Assembly: GCA_963777315.1 (NCBI GenBank)
Contig: CAVZQC010000002.1
Coordinates: 192,001 to 256,000 of the forward strand
Length of the DNA: 64,000 bases
Source: Vulcanimicrobiota bacterium
GTDB lineage: Bacteria > Vulcanimicrobiota > Vulcanimicrobiia > Vulcanimicrobiales > Vulcanimicrobiaceae
Direction: 5' to 3'
The position numbers and the translations under genes were made by a program. Below are positions 1 to 16,432 of the stretch, in pieces (positions within the stretch are counted from its first letter, which is position 1; each line of letters opens with the position of its first letter). The notes under the pieces were generated by a model. The model was not told where the DNA came from and did no database searches. It saw only the letters and a list, made by a program, of their open reading frames with translations.

Positions 1-417
1 CGTGGAGGTCGTGTTGACCGACTGTTTGCCGTTGATGCGTACCGAAGCGATCGTTTTGAGCGACGACACCGAAACCGGCTGGAGCGTCACCGCGAGCTGG
101 ACGTGCTCGCTCACGCCGACGCTGAACTGCGGCGACAAGCTGATGGAAAAGCCCGGCGCGGTGGTGCGCAGGGAATACGAGCCGGCGGAGAGATCGTTGA
201 ACGCGAACGCGCCGGCCGCATCCGTAGTGGTCTTACGATCGACGCCCGCGCCGGTCAGTTCCAACGCCGCGCCGGCTACTGCGCCCTGCGACGTTGCGTT
301 CGTTACCGTTCCGGTTACGCTCGAGCCGCCGGCGGCCGGCGATGCAGCGGCGTGGGCTTGTCCCACTGCAGCGAGCGAACACAAAAGCAATGCCTGCACA
401 AACGACGACGCGCGCAT
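1..417 (-). CDS. TonB-dependent receptor, N-terminal part (signal peptide + carboxypeptidase regulatory-like domain); runs off the left edge
   Basis: Not in the ORF track; read from the minus strand: MRASSFVQALLLCSLAAVGQAHAAASP...SVTGTVTNATSQGAVAGAALELTG...TTTDAAGAFAFNDLSAGSYSLRTTAPGF...SLKTIASVRING. ATG 417 with GGAGG RBS at ~423-427; same N-terminal architecture as the neighbouring TBDT. Confidence 0.8.
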   Translation of the reverse strand, partial: MRASSFVQALLLCSLAAVGQAHAAASPAAGGSSVTGTVTNATSQGAVAGAALELTGAGVDRKTTTDAAGAFAFNDLSAGSYSLRTTAPGFSISLSPQFSVGVSEHVQLAVTLQPVSVSSLKTIASVRINGKQSVNTTST

Positions 418-577
418 TCCCGCCTCCAATTCAAAGCATCGTAGACATTCGATGAAACGCCCGCAATTTACCTATTGCTCGCAAACCGCCGCTTCGAACG
501 TAAAGGGGGCCGTAAACGCAAACCGCGAATGGCGGACCGAGCCGATTTACGGCTTGCCTGCCGCACGAGGGATCGAC

Positions 578-3391
578 ATGCACAAATGGTTCCTGTCCGC
601 CGCCATTGCAATCGCCGGGCTGTTGCTGGTTTCCGCGTTTCCGCTCGCGTCGTGGGCGCAGGCGGCCGCGACGGTTACGGGCACCGTCGTCGACGAAACC
701 GGGGCGCCCATCCCGGGCGCCGCAGTCGTGCTGCGCGGACCTACGTCGCGCACCGTCAACTCGGATCAAAAGGGGGCCTTTTCGTTCCCGGGCGTCACGC
801 CGGGAATCTACGCGCTGACGGTCACCAAGGCCGGCTACACCACGGCCCTGCAGAACGACATCACCGTCCTGGCCGGCCAAACGTCGAACTTGGCGGTCCG
901 CATGGGCGCGGCCACGTTTTCGTCCCTGCGCACTATCGCCAGCGTGCGGACGACGGGGTCGGGCCTGAACACGGCGCCCGCTTCGGTGAACGTCGTCACG
1001 ACGCAGACCTTCATCGATCAGGCGCAGCCGCAGGTCACCCGCGTGCTCAGCCAGGTCCCGGGCCTGCAGATCTCATTTCCGTCGAATTCCTCCAACGGCG
1101 CATCGCCCGGCTCCATCACCGTGCCGAACATCCGCGGAGTGACGTCGTACGAAACCGCCTCGCTCATCGACGGACACTATATCTCGGTCGGTCAGTACGG
1201 CGACAACGTCACGACCTTTCTGAACTCCTTCATGTTTGGAAACATCGAAGTGGTCAAAGGTCCGGGCGCCGATGCTCCCGTGGTGAACAATGCAATCGGC
1301 GGAACGACCAACTTCCGCACGAAGGACCCCACGCTTACGCCCACGCCGCAAATACTCTTCGGCTTCGATAACCACGGCGGCACGCTGAGCAATTTGAGCT
1401 TCTCCGACACGCTCGGACGGCTGGGATTCATCGTCGACGTCGCGACGCAAAACAACGTGTCCGCACTCAACGGCAAGGGTGTGTACTACGATCCCAGCTT
1501 CGGCAGCCTCAACGGCGGAACGCTGTTCGGCAACTCGAGCTCGACGCAAGTCGGCAATACCGCCAGCACGCTGACGACCCAGTATCCGTTATTGGCGTGC
1601 TGCTACACGCTGTACGGCAATCTGGACCAAACGGCCGAGCTGGTCAAGCTGCGTTACAAATTGTCCCCCGCGACGGCGTTGACGGTCAGCTATCTGGGTG
1701 GCCAGTCGCACGCGGATCAAAATGGAAACACGTCGGACTTCATCCCCTCGCAGTTCACGCCCGGACCCGGTTATACCGGCAGCCTGCCGCCGGGTCCGGT
1801 TCAAGTGTCGAACGTGTTCCCCGGCGCGTACAGCGGTGAGTTCAACAACGAACCGATCTTCCAAGTCGAAGCGTCCACGACGCTGGACAAGGACACGATC
1901 ATCGGACGTTACTACCATGCAACGGTGAGCAGATACCAATATCAGGGTCTCAATCCGAATTCGTTGGACTACAACAACGTCACGCTGTACGGGACGTCGT
2001 CGGGCTCGGGAAATATCAATCAGACTTTCAACGGCACCCCGGCCGGCGTGGGCTATGCCAGCTTGTACGAAGAGCCCGAAACCGACAAGCTGACCGGCGG
2101 CTCGTTCGAGATTCAGCATCCGCTGGGCTCCAACGACCTGCTCACCTTCTCGGCGGACCGGACCTGGGCGCAGAGCACGGACTACTCGCTGTTCCCGTCG
2201 GGCTATTCGTTCAGTCTGCCGCCCGGAACGGCGCAGACGCTCACCACGTACATGCTGCGCGGGCACTTTTACTTCGGCCCGAAGCTCGACATGACGTTGA
2301 GCAATTATTACAACACGTACAGCAGCACGTACGCGATCGGCTGCGTCGACCAAATCGATACCGGCTGCAATACGCAGGCAAACGCGCAATACGGAACCGG
2401 AGTCTTCTTTGCAACGACCAAAAACCAGCACGACGATCCGCGCGTCGGGTTGACCTACCGGCCCAACGGCGCGACGTCGGTTCGATTTGCGATGGGCAGC
2501 GCGATTGCGCCGCCTTTCCTCGGCCTGCTCAACCAAGTTACGTCGACGCCCACGTACGATTCCTCGACCGGCGTTGCGATCGAGTCGCAAAGCAACGGCA
2601 ATCTGCGGCCGGAGACTGCATTCGGATACGATCTGGGCGCCGACGTTCGGCTCAAGGATCCCGCGACGATCTTCTCCGGTGACGTGTATCTGACCAACTT
2701 GTTCAATCGGTTTTTCGGGCAAACCGTCGACACCGGGTTGACGTGCGGCCAAACCGGTAACTGCGCGCCATCTACCGGCGTTCCGGCTTCGACGCCGATT
2801 CTCAACCAAACGAACACCAACATCAGCAACGCCCGGTTCGAAGGCGTGGAACTGTCGCTGCGCCGCGCGCCGGCCGTCGGACTGGGCTTCGTGCTCTCGG
2901 GCGCGCTGCAAAGGGGATATTATTACAACCTGCCGCCGTACTTCTATTGCTCGATACCGCGCGCGGGCTGCACGCCCGATCAGAACCTGAACATCATTTC
3001 CGGGCAAAACACCAACGGCCTACCGGTGGGATTCTATAAGATCTCGTACAACGGCAACATGCGCATTCCGTACTCGCAAGGCAACGCGGAAGTCTCCTAC
3101 CGCTTCGCGAACGGCGCGTACGCCGCATTCGGCGACACCTATTACGGCAACAACAACTCGCTCAACGAGCCGCCGTTCGGCATCGCGTACGCTACAGTGC
3201 GGTATCCGATCACGAAAACCGTCGATCTGCAGCTGTCGGGCGACAACATCTTCAACGCTTATCCGGGATACTTGCCGATACTGGGCGGCGGCGTGCCGAT
3301 TTCGCTGTACGGCGGCCAAACCGGCGCCACGACCGGCAACGTGCTCGGACCGGCGACGTGGCGGCTCATCCTGTCGACCAGAATGCCGTAG
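578..3391 (+). CDS. TonB-dependent receptor with N-terminal carboxypeptidase regulatory-like domain
   Basis: Real start MHKWFLS at 578 (GAGGG upstream); signal peptide, TVTGTVVDETGAPIPGA domain, plug motifs (LSQVPG, NIRG, IEVVKGPGA..AIGGTTNF), barrel motifs (DPRVGLTYRP, NLRPETAFGYDLG, DNIFN). Confidence 0.9.
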   Translation: MHKWFLSAAIAIAGLLLVSAFPLASWAQAAATVTGTVVDETGAPIPGAAVVLRGPTSRTVNSDQKGAFSFPGVTPGIYALTVTKAGYTTALQNDITVLAGQTSNLAVRMGAATFSSLRTIASVRTTGSGLNTAPASVNVVTTQTFIDQAQPQVTRVLSQVPGLQISFPSNSSNGASPGSITVPNIRGVTSYETASLIDGHYISVGQYGDNVTTFLNSFMFGNIEVVKGPGADAPVVNNAIGGTTNFRTKDPTLTPTPQILFGFDNHGGTLSNLSFSDTLGRLGFIVDVATQNNVSALNGKGVYYDPSFGSLNGGTLFGNSSSTQVGNTASTLTTQYPLLACCYTLYGNLDQTAELVKLRYKLSPATALTVSYLGGQSHADQNGNTSDFIPSQFTPGPGYTGSLPPGPVQVSNVFPGAYSGEFNNEPIFQVEASTTLDKDTIIGRYYHATVSRYQYQGLNPNSLDYNNVTLYGTSSGSGNINQTFNGTPAGVGYASLYEEPETDKLTGGSFEIQHPLGSNDLLTFSADRTWAQSTDYSLFPSGYSFSLPPGTAQTLTTYMLRGHFYFGPKLDMTLSNYYNTYSSTYAIGCVDQIDTGCNTQANAQYGTGVFFATTKNQHDDPRVGLTYRPNGATSVRFAMGSAIAPPFLGLLNQVTSTPTYDSSTGVAIESQSNGNLRPETAFGYDLGADVRLKDPATIFSGDVYLTNLFNRFFGQTVDTGLTCGQTGNCAPSTGVPASTPILNQTNTNISNARFEGVELSLRRAPAVGLGFVLSGALQRGYYYNLPPYFYCSIPRAGCTPDQNLNIISGQNTNGLPVGFYKISYNGNMRIPYSQGNAEVSYRFANGAYAAFGDTYYGNNNSLNEPPFGIAYATVRYPITKTVDLQLSGDNIFNAYPGYLPILGGGVPISLYGGQTGATTGNVLGPATWRLILSTRMP

Positions 3392-3409
3392 CTGACGGCA
3401 TTCCGGCGG

Positions 3410-5875
<2,466 letters not shown>

Positions 5876-6268
5876 CTACGCGAGAATCCTTTTAACGATC
5901 ATCCGAATTTCCGTGCGCGCTTCGGGGATGTATTCGGTGGAAGCGATGGGCAGCGAGATCGTCAGCATGCCGTCACCGTACGTGGCAAAGACCTCGCCGT
6001 ATGCAACGCCAACCGGCAAATGAATTTTTTTGACGAACTCGCCGTTGGCGATCTCCTTTTGCAAAAAAGAACCGCCGCGCAGGCGCGCGGTCTCGGCGCG
6101 GCGTCCGGCGATGAACAGATAATGCTCGTCGAGAAAAACGCGCAAACTTTCGCTGTCGGCGCCCGCGAGCTCGACGCGAACGACGGCCATGCCGGCGGCA
6201 TCGTCGATGACGACGTCGGCGTTGGGTTCCCATAGGGCGCGCGAACGGAAGCGCACGAGTGAATCCAT
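5876..6268 (-). CDS. Hsp20/alpha-crystallin family small heat-shock protein
   Basis: WEPNADV..VRVELAG, EI.NGEFVKKIHLP, ATYGDGMLTISLP; stop abuts the lon ATG (TAGATG). Confidence 0.9.
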   Translation of the reverse strand: MDSLVRFRSRALWEPNADVVIDDAAGMAVVRVELAGADSESLRVFLDEHYLFIAGRRAETARLRGGSFLQKEIANGEFVKKIHLPVGVAYGEVFATYGDGMLTISLPIASTEYIPEARTEIRMIVKRILA

Positions 6269-6289
6269 CAGCCGGTATAACCTCCGTAA

Positions 6290-6316
6290 TTAGCAATCGG
6301 ATGCGGTGATTGCTAG
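6290..6316. promoter_or_regulatory. CIRCE element (HrcA operator) upstream of hsp20-lon
   Basis: TTAGCAATC-N9(GGATGCGGT)-GATTGCTAG vs consensus TTAGCACTC-N9-GAGTGCTAA; just upstream of the GGAGG RBS of hsp20. Confidence 0.85.
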
Positions 6317-6351
6317 AAGCGGGCGGCGGCATCCTTGGCCGCCGTTGCGGC

Positions 6352-7290
6352 TCACGAAGACCGCGCGGCGTCCAACATTCGCTCCAGTCTGTACTTGACC
6401 CGGTACACGCGGTTATGAACGCCGCTTTGCCGGAAGATCCGTCCGCGGCCGCCGTGCGCCTCCCAAAAAAACGCTTGTCCGAACGGCAATCCCATGCGTA
6501 CCAGTTCTTCGTGATACCGATCGATTGCCGCGCTGCGCTCGCGCACGTACTGCGGCGATATTCGATCGAATTGCGCGGTACCGTCGAATACGCTGCGCGC
6601 GAAGTCCTCCGGCGCCTGGCCGTCGGCCAGCGGCAACACGGCCCGCAATTTCGCCGTAAGACCGTCGTACGCCGTGCGAAAGGCACTCCATATTTGGCTG
6701 AGCGCGGCGTGCGGTTCCCGATCGAAGTACGTGGATCTCACCCCGTCGATTTCGGCAGCGTACGCGTCGGCCACATTGGTGTCCGATAGAATGTCCAATT
6801 GCCGCAGACTGAAACGAAGCGAGCTCGCCTTGGCAACGAGCCGCCGCCCCGGGCACCGTCCCGCCGATTCTATTGCATGAACGTAGACGGCGTAGGTGCA
6901 GTATCCCTCGAGCAACTTGCACCAGCGTTCCTGCGGGCTGTCCAAAAAACTCATTCCGGCCAGGACGTCCTTTCCGGCCAGCAGCTGTTTGGGAGCGTGG
7001 GTAGTATACGCCAGGACCTCGAGATGGCTCGACGGGACGATGAGCGGATCGTGATGGAACACCGTGCGATACCGGTCCGGCAGGCGACAGAACGTCGAGA
7101 AGTATTGCGCGTTGTCCGCGCGTTTGTTTGAGGTGACGACGAGCAGGTCGAGATCCGACAGCCCGGGGTAGGTGACGTTCCCGATCAGGTACACCGCATC
7201 GGCGCGGCGCGCAATCTTTGCGGTATAAAAGCGCATCGCGTCGTCGTAGAGGCTGCGGTCCAAGACCGTGGGCAGATCGGAAAAATTCAT
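6352..7290 (-). CDS. Hypothetical protein with Pol-beta superfamily nucleotidyltransferase motif
   Basis: AVYLIGNVTYPGLSDLDLLVV fits hG[SN]x(n)DhDh; start MNFSD at 7290 overlaps the upstream stop (ATGA). Confidence 0.7.
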   Translation of the reverse strand: MNFSDLPTVLDRSLYDDAMRFYTAKIARRADAVYLIGNVTYPGLSDLDLLVVTSNKRADNAQYFSTFCRLPDRYRTVFHHDPLIVPSSHLEVLAYTTHAPKQLLAGKDVLAGMSFLDSPQERWCKLLEGYCTYAVYVHAIESAGRCPGRRLVAKASSLRFSLRQLDILSDTNVADAYAAEIDGVRSTYFDREPHAALSQIWSAFRTAYDGLTAKLRAVLPLADGQAPEDFARSVFDGTAQFDRISPQYVRERSAAIDRYHEELVRMGLPFGQAFFWEAHGGRGRIFRQSGVHNRVYRVKYRLERMLDAARSS

Positions 7291-8261
7291 GCCGCGAGCT
7301 CCCGGCATCGCACGAGGGTTCGTTCGAGATCCTCACGCCAGCTCCCGGCCGATGTTGCCAGCAGTCTGCGAACGTTTCCGCGCGGAGGTCTTTTGGCCGA
7401 CCAGCGAACGCGCATCGAGGGATGCGAGCAATCCCCCAGCCATTGCGCAAGCGCGGATTGAGGCGGACGATCCCACCGGCGACGGTATTCCTCGGCGCGC
7501 GCTACGGCTTGCCACTGACTTTTGGAAAACCAGCCGCGCGCCAAATCGAACGAATCGCGCTTGTAGACATACTGTCCGCGAGCCGCGCAAAGCAATGCCG
7601 GCATCAGCAGCACGTTGGAGAGCAGCTGTTTAAACGCAAAATCGTCCTGCTCGTGCCGCCGTTGTTTTGCCGCCCCGAGCAGCACGTCGGCTGAACGGCG
7701 AACCCGCGCGCGCGCCGATTGTTCGTCGGGGGACTTCGTGTGGAGCACGATCGTGCGGCTACCGTGAAGCGCAACGGCGCACCGAAGGGTATCCAGCGGC
7801 AAAAACGACTGGTCGTACGCGTCCAGCGCGCTGGCCGCAAAGAACATCAGCCCGTGGTGCATCAACGAGTCGTAACGGAAAATCGCGCGCAGCAAACGCT
7901 GCAGTTCCTGCACGGCCGCCGCGTGTTCCGCCAAGGTGAAGTCGACCCGGTCCTCGATGACGGCGACGACGTCCACGTCGCTGAACCCGCACGCGTCATG
8001 CGTCGCCTGACTGCCGTGCAGAATGACGTGCGGCACGGGATGCAGTCGATCCGCGTTCAGGACCGGCAATCCGGCCATTGCGGGCGATTCCGACAAGGTT
8101 ATCGCAACATCATCCGTGCCAACCGCCGTCTCCGGCCGCACCGATGCGGGCACTCGTCGGGGCCTGGGGCTGAGCAGCGCGTGCAGCGAACGCAGGCCCG
8201 CACCGTTCACCCAGCGTTCGTAATACGCCAGCGGCAGCACTGTGGTTTGACGGTTCTTCAA
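7287..8261 (-). CDS. Nucleotidyltransferase domain protein (Pol-beta superfamily)
   Basis: VILHGSQATHDACGFSDVDVVAVI motif, then DSLMHHG and a helical C-terminus; TTG start uncertain. Confidence 0.75.
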   Translation of the reverse strand: MKNRQTTVLPLAYYERWVNGAGLRSLHALLSPRPRRVPASVRPETAVGTDDVAITLSESPAMAGLPVLNADRLHPVPHVILHGSQATHDACGFSDVDVVAVIEDRVDFTLAEHAAAVQELQRLLRAIFRYDSLMHHGLMFFAASALDAYDQSFLPLDTLRCAVALHGSRTIVLHTKSPDEQSARARVRRSADVLLGAAKQRRHEQDDFAFKQLLSNVLLMPALLCAARGQYVYKRDSFDLARGWFSKSQWQAVARAEEYRRRWDRPPQSALAQWLGDCSHPSMRVRWSAKRPPRGNVRRLLATSAGSWREDLERTLVRCRELAA

Positions 8262-8517
8262 GATGTGCTTCTGGGCATGCGCTTAAGACTAGTGGTAGAA
8301 CCGGGCCCCCGCAATGGTCCGGTTGTTCGGGCCGAGTGGTACGGGTGGGGCTATACGGGCTGCAATGTTAAGACTTCGTCTCGGAAAGTAATCTAAGACT
8401 TTACTTTGGCCCATCGTGCCCCGCGGACGCTTCAAGGACAATTTTGATAGATCACTTGCGTCGGCCGTCAACGGGCCCGGCGCTTTTTGAATCGTCATAT
8501 TGGGGTCGAGCATCGTC

Positions 8518-9111
8518 ATGTCCAGTTTCACGCCTCGTTATGGATGGCTAGCGGCAGCAGCTGCGCTGGTTTTTGTTAGCGCTTGCTCCGCACACCAATC
8601 CAGCTTGCCCGCGATACCGGTGCTCTCGTCCGGCATCCAAAGGGTGCCGACCCCGCAACCGCAAATCACTCCGACCCGGCAAACGCACAGTGTATCCGTG
8701 CAGCAAGGAAGGGCGCCATCGCATCCCGTCACCGCCCCGCATCCGACCAATGCCGCGGGCGACACTCATCCGGGCGTGCGACCATCGCTGGTCCGAGCTC
8801 TCGTGCAGATTACCGACCTTGACGCTGCGGCGCCGCAAGCCGGCTACGATCCCTATCACGATGCGCTCCGCATCGTGAACGGATCCCGTCTTCGTATCTC
8901 CGTGCGGGACGCCACGATTGTATCAGGCTCCATTCGGGCGGGTACCTCTCAGGCCCAACTCACTTCCGACGGCAACGGGCGATGGAGTGCTACGCTGCGC
9001 TTCATCGATACCTCGAATCCACCCAACCCGCACCCTGCGGTCGTCGTGACCCTCACCAAAAACGGCGCCGTGAGCACGCAAAGCTTTACGCTGGCCGAAA
9101 TGCACGAATAG
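8518..9111 (+). CDS. Hypothetical lipoprotein
   Basis: MSSFTPRYGWLAAAAALVFVSA-C lipobox, Pro-rich linker, beta-rich C-terminal domain; 10 bp upstream of the next gene. Confidence 0.65.
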   Translation: MSSFTPRYGWLAAAAALVFVSACSAHQSSLPAIPVLSSGIQRVPTPQPQITPTRQTHSVSVQQGRAPSHPVTAPHPTNAAGDTHPGVRPSLVRALVQITDLDAAAPQAGYDPYHDALRIVNGSRLRISVRDATIVSGSIRAGTSQAQLTSDGNGRWSATLRFIDTSNPPNPHPAVVVTLTKNGAVSTQSFTLAEMHE

Positions 9112-9121
9112 AGCCGCGGCA

Positions 9122-14890
<5,769 letters not shown>

Positions 14891-14894
<4 letters not shown>

Positions 14895-15253
14895 TGAATG
14901 TGTGAAGGGATCTGCTTGGCTTTCTTCATGTTCGCATTATTGAGAATGTAGATCTTGTCGGCGTGACGCATGCCGAGCGCCTTTTGATCGTACACGACGC
15001 GAACGTACTGGCCGTGCTTGAGATCTTTCATTTGATACGTCGTCTTGCCGTTGGCGGAAAAGACCTGATCGAACTTCGGCGTGACGATGAAACTCAGGGT
15101 TTGCTGAGCCTTGGGATCGTACACCTTGATGTTGTTTATGGAAGCGTGTACGACCTCGCCGTAAAAATTATTGGTCTTGCCGGCAAACGCGAGTTGAGGA
15201 GCGGCCACGGTTGTTATAAGGACGGCTGAGGCGAGTAGACGGGAGATGCGCAT
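14891..15253 (-). CDS. Small secreted hypothetical protein (possibly OB-fold-like)
   Basis: [24 protein letters not shown] signal peptide; GEVVH...IKV...[18 protein letters not shown] pattern; AAGGGG RBS. Confidence 0.7.
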
Positions 15254-15349
15254 GGAGTGAACCCCTTTGCAAAGTGATATGCTGCACTCGTACCCCGCTT
15301 GACGCACACTTGAACGTATTGCAGCAGGGCAGCCCGAGCGATCCCCCGG

Positions 15350-16432
15350 TCAATATGGATTGCGCGAATACATCGGGCTGCCGGTGCCGCGAACCGTTAC
15401 GCTATAGCGCGTTCCGGCGCCTGAGTGAGAGATCAAATCGTATGAAGAACCGGGCGCTGCGATATGCGTTACGTCTACGGTATACAGCAGCGGCCGCCCC
15501 GGCGTGAGTTGCGCCGCGCGCCGGCCAGTCAAAACATAGGCGCCGCGCGGCACGTAGCCGTCCGCTTCGCGAGCGCGCTTTACCAAGGTGGCGACGCCGC
15601 GCGCATCGACGAGCAAAGCTGCTCCCTCATCTACCGCGACGCCGTAGATGCGATCTCCGCGTACCAGGCGGTCCTGCAGCGCGCGCGCCATGAACGCAGC
15701 CAGCCTGCCGAACCGATTGCGTTGCGCAAAATGCGTGTCCGTAATCGACGAAGCCAGCGGCGGCCACGAAAAGAAGTGCGTGGTAAAACTGATGGCCCTT
15801 TCGTAGGGATTTTTGACCGCATCGGGAGATGCGACGTCTTGATCGTCGCGCAGAACTTTATCGGCTGCAACGGAATCGAAAACGACGGCTCCTTGAATTG
15901 CCAAGCCCGCGCTGCCGCCGCCCACTATTCCCCCACGCGCGTACACGCCTCGGACGGCGGCAATCAGCCCGGAGCCTTTCCATGCGACGTAGTTGGCTTG
16001 ATCGCCACCGGCAAACAGCACGGCGTCGGCGCGCCGAACGTACGCGGCCATGCGATCGACGTCGCCGCGGGTCGCGCACGGGGGAACGAGTATTTCACGG
16101 ATCGATCCGAGCTTGCTGTGGGCGTAAAACAAGTCGCTGTAATCCCGCGCGCCGGAGGCTTTGAGAATTAGCAGATTTCCGGCGCGCGTGCCGGGCGGCG
16201 CGGCAATTCGCGCGCGCATCCATGGGAGCACGCTGCCGTACGGCATGCCCATCAAACCGCCGCCGGAAAGCACCAGGCCCGGTCCGCCGGTGAGACGGTC
16301 CGCGCGCGGACTGCCCGCGGGCGCAAAGACCGTCGGCGTACATGGTGTAGAACGCGGCGCCGGTGAAGCAACTGCGCCGGCAAGCGGCGCACAGGCCAGA
16401 CAGCATAGTAACGTCAGGACGTATCGTGTCAT
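15350..16432 (-). CDS. Secreted cyanophycinase-like peptidase (MEROPS S51)
   Basis: Signal peptide MTRYVLTLLCCLACAPLAGA; LVLSGGG, ADAVLFAGGDQ, nucleophile GGSAG, ITDTHFAQRNRFGRL, GVAVDE; ATGA overlap with the upstream gene. Confidence 0.88.
   Translation of the reverse strand: MTRYVLTLLCCLACAPLAGAVASPAPRSTPCTPTVFAPAGSPRADRLTGGPGLVLSGGGLMGMPYGSVLPWMRARIAAPPGTRAGNLLILKASGARDYSDLFYAHSKLGSIREILVPPCATRGDVDRMAAYVRRADAVLFAGGDQANYVAWKGSGLIAAVRGVYARGGIVGGGSAGLAIQGAVVFDSVAADKVLRDDQDVASPDAVKNPYERAISFTTHFFSWPPLASSITDTHFAQRNRFGRLAAFMARALQDRLVRGDRIYGVAVDEGAALLVDARGVATLVKRAREADGYVPRGAYVLTGRRAAQLTPGRPLLYTVDVTHIAAPGSSYDLISHSGAGTRYSVTVRGTGSPMYSRNPY

Noticed and set aside
2..577. N-terminal 192 aa of the 1129-aa ORF
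   Set aside because: Antisense shadow of the minus-strand TBDT plus intergenic DNA; the real start is 578.
7361..7369. Another GCAGTCTGC site, inside the NTase gene
   Set aside because: The current frame ends in a clean ATGA overlap and deleting a base gives nonsense, so this site looks genuine. Likewise the AGACT sites in the groES promoter preserve the 17-bp spacer.
8289..8531. 80-aa minus-strand ORF as a possible precursor peptide for the NTase pair
   Set aside because: Overlaps the start of the divergent lipoprotein, has no RBS and no leader/core pattern; probably promoter DNA.
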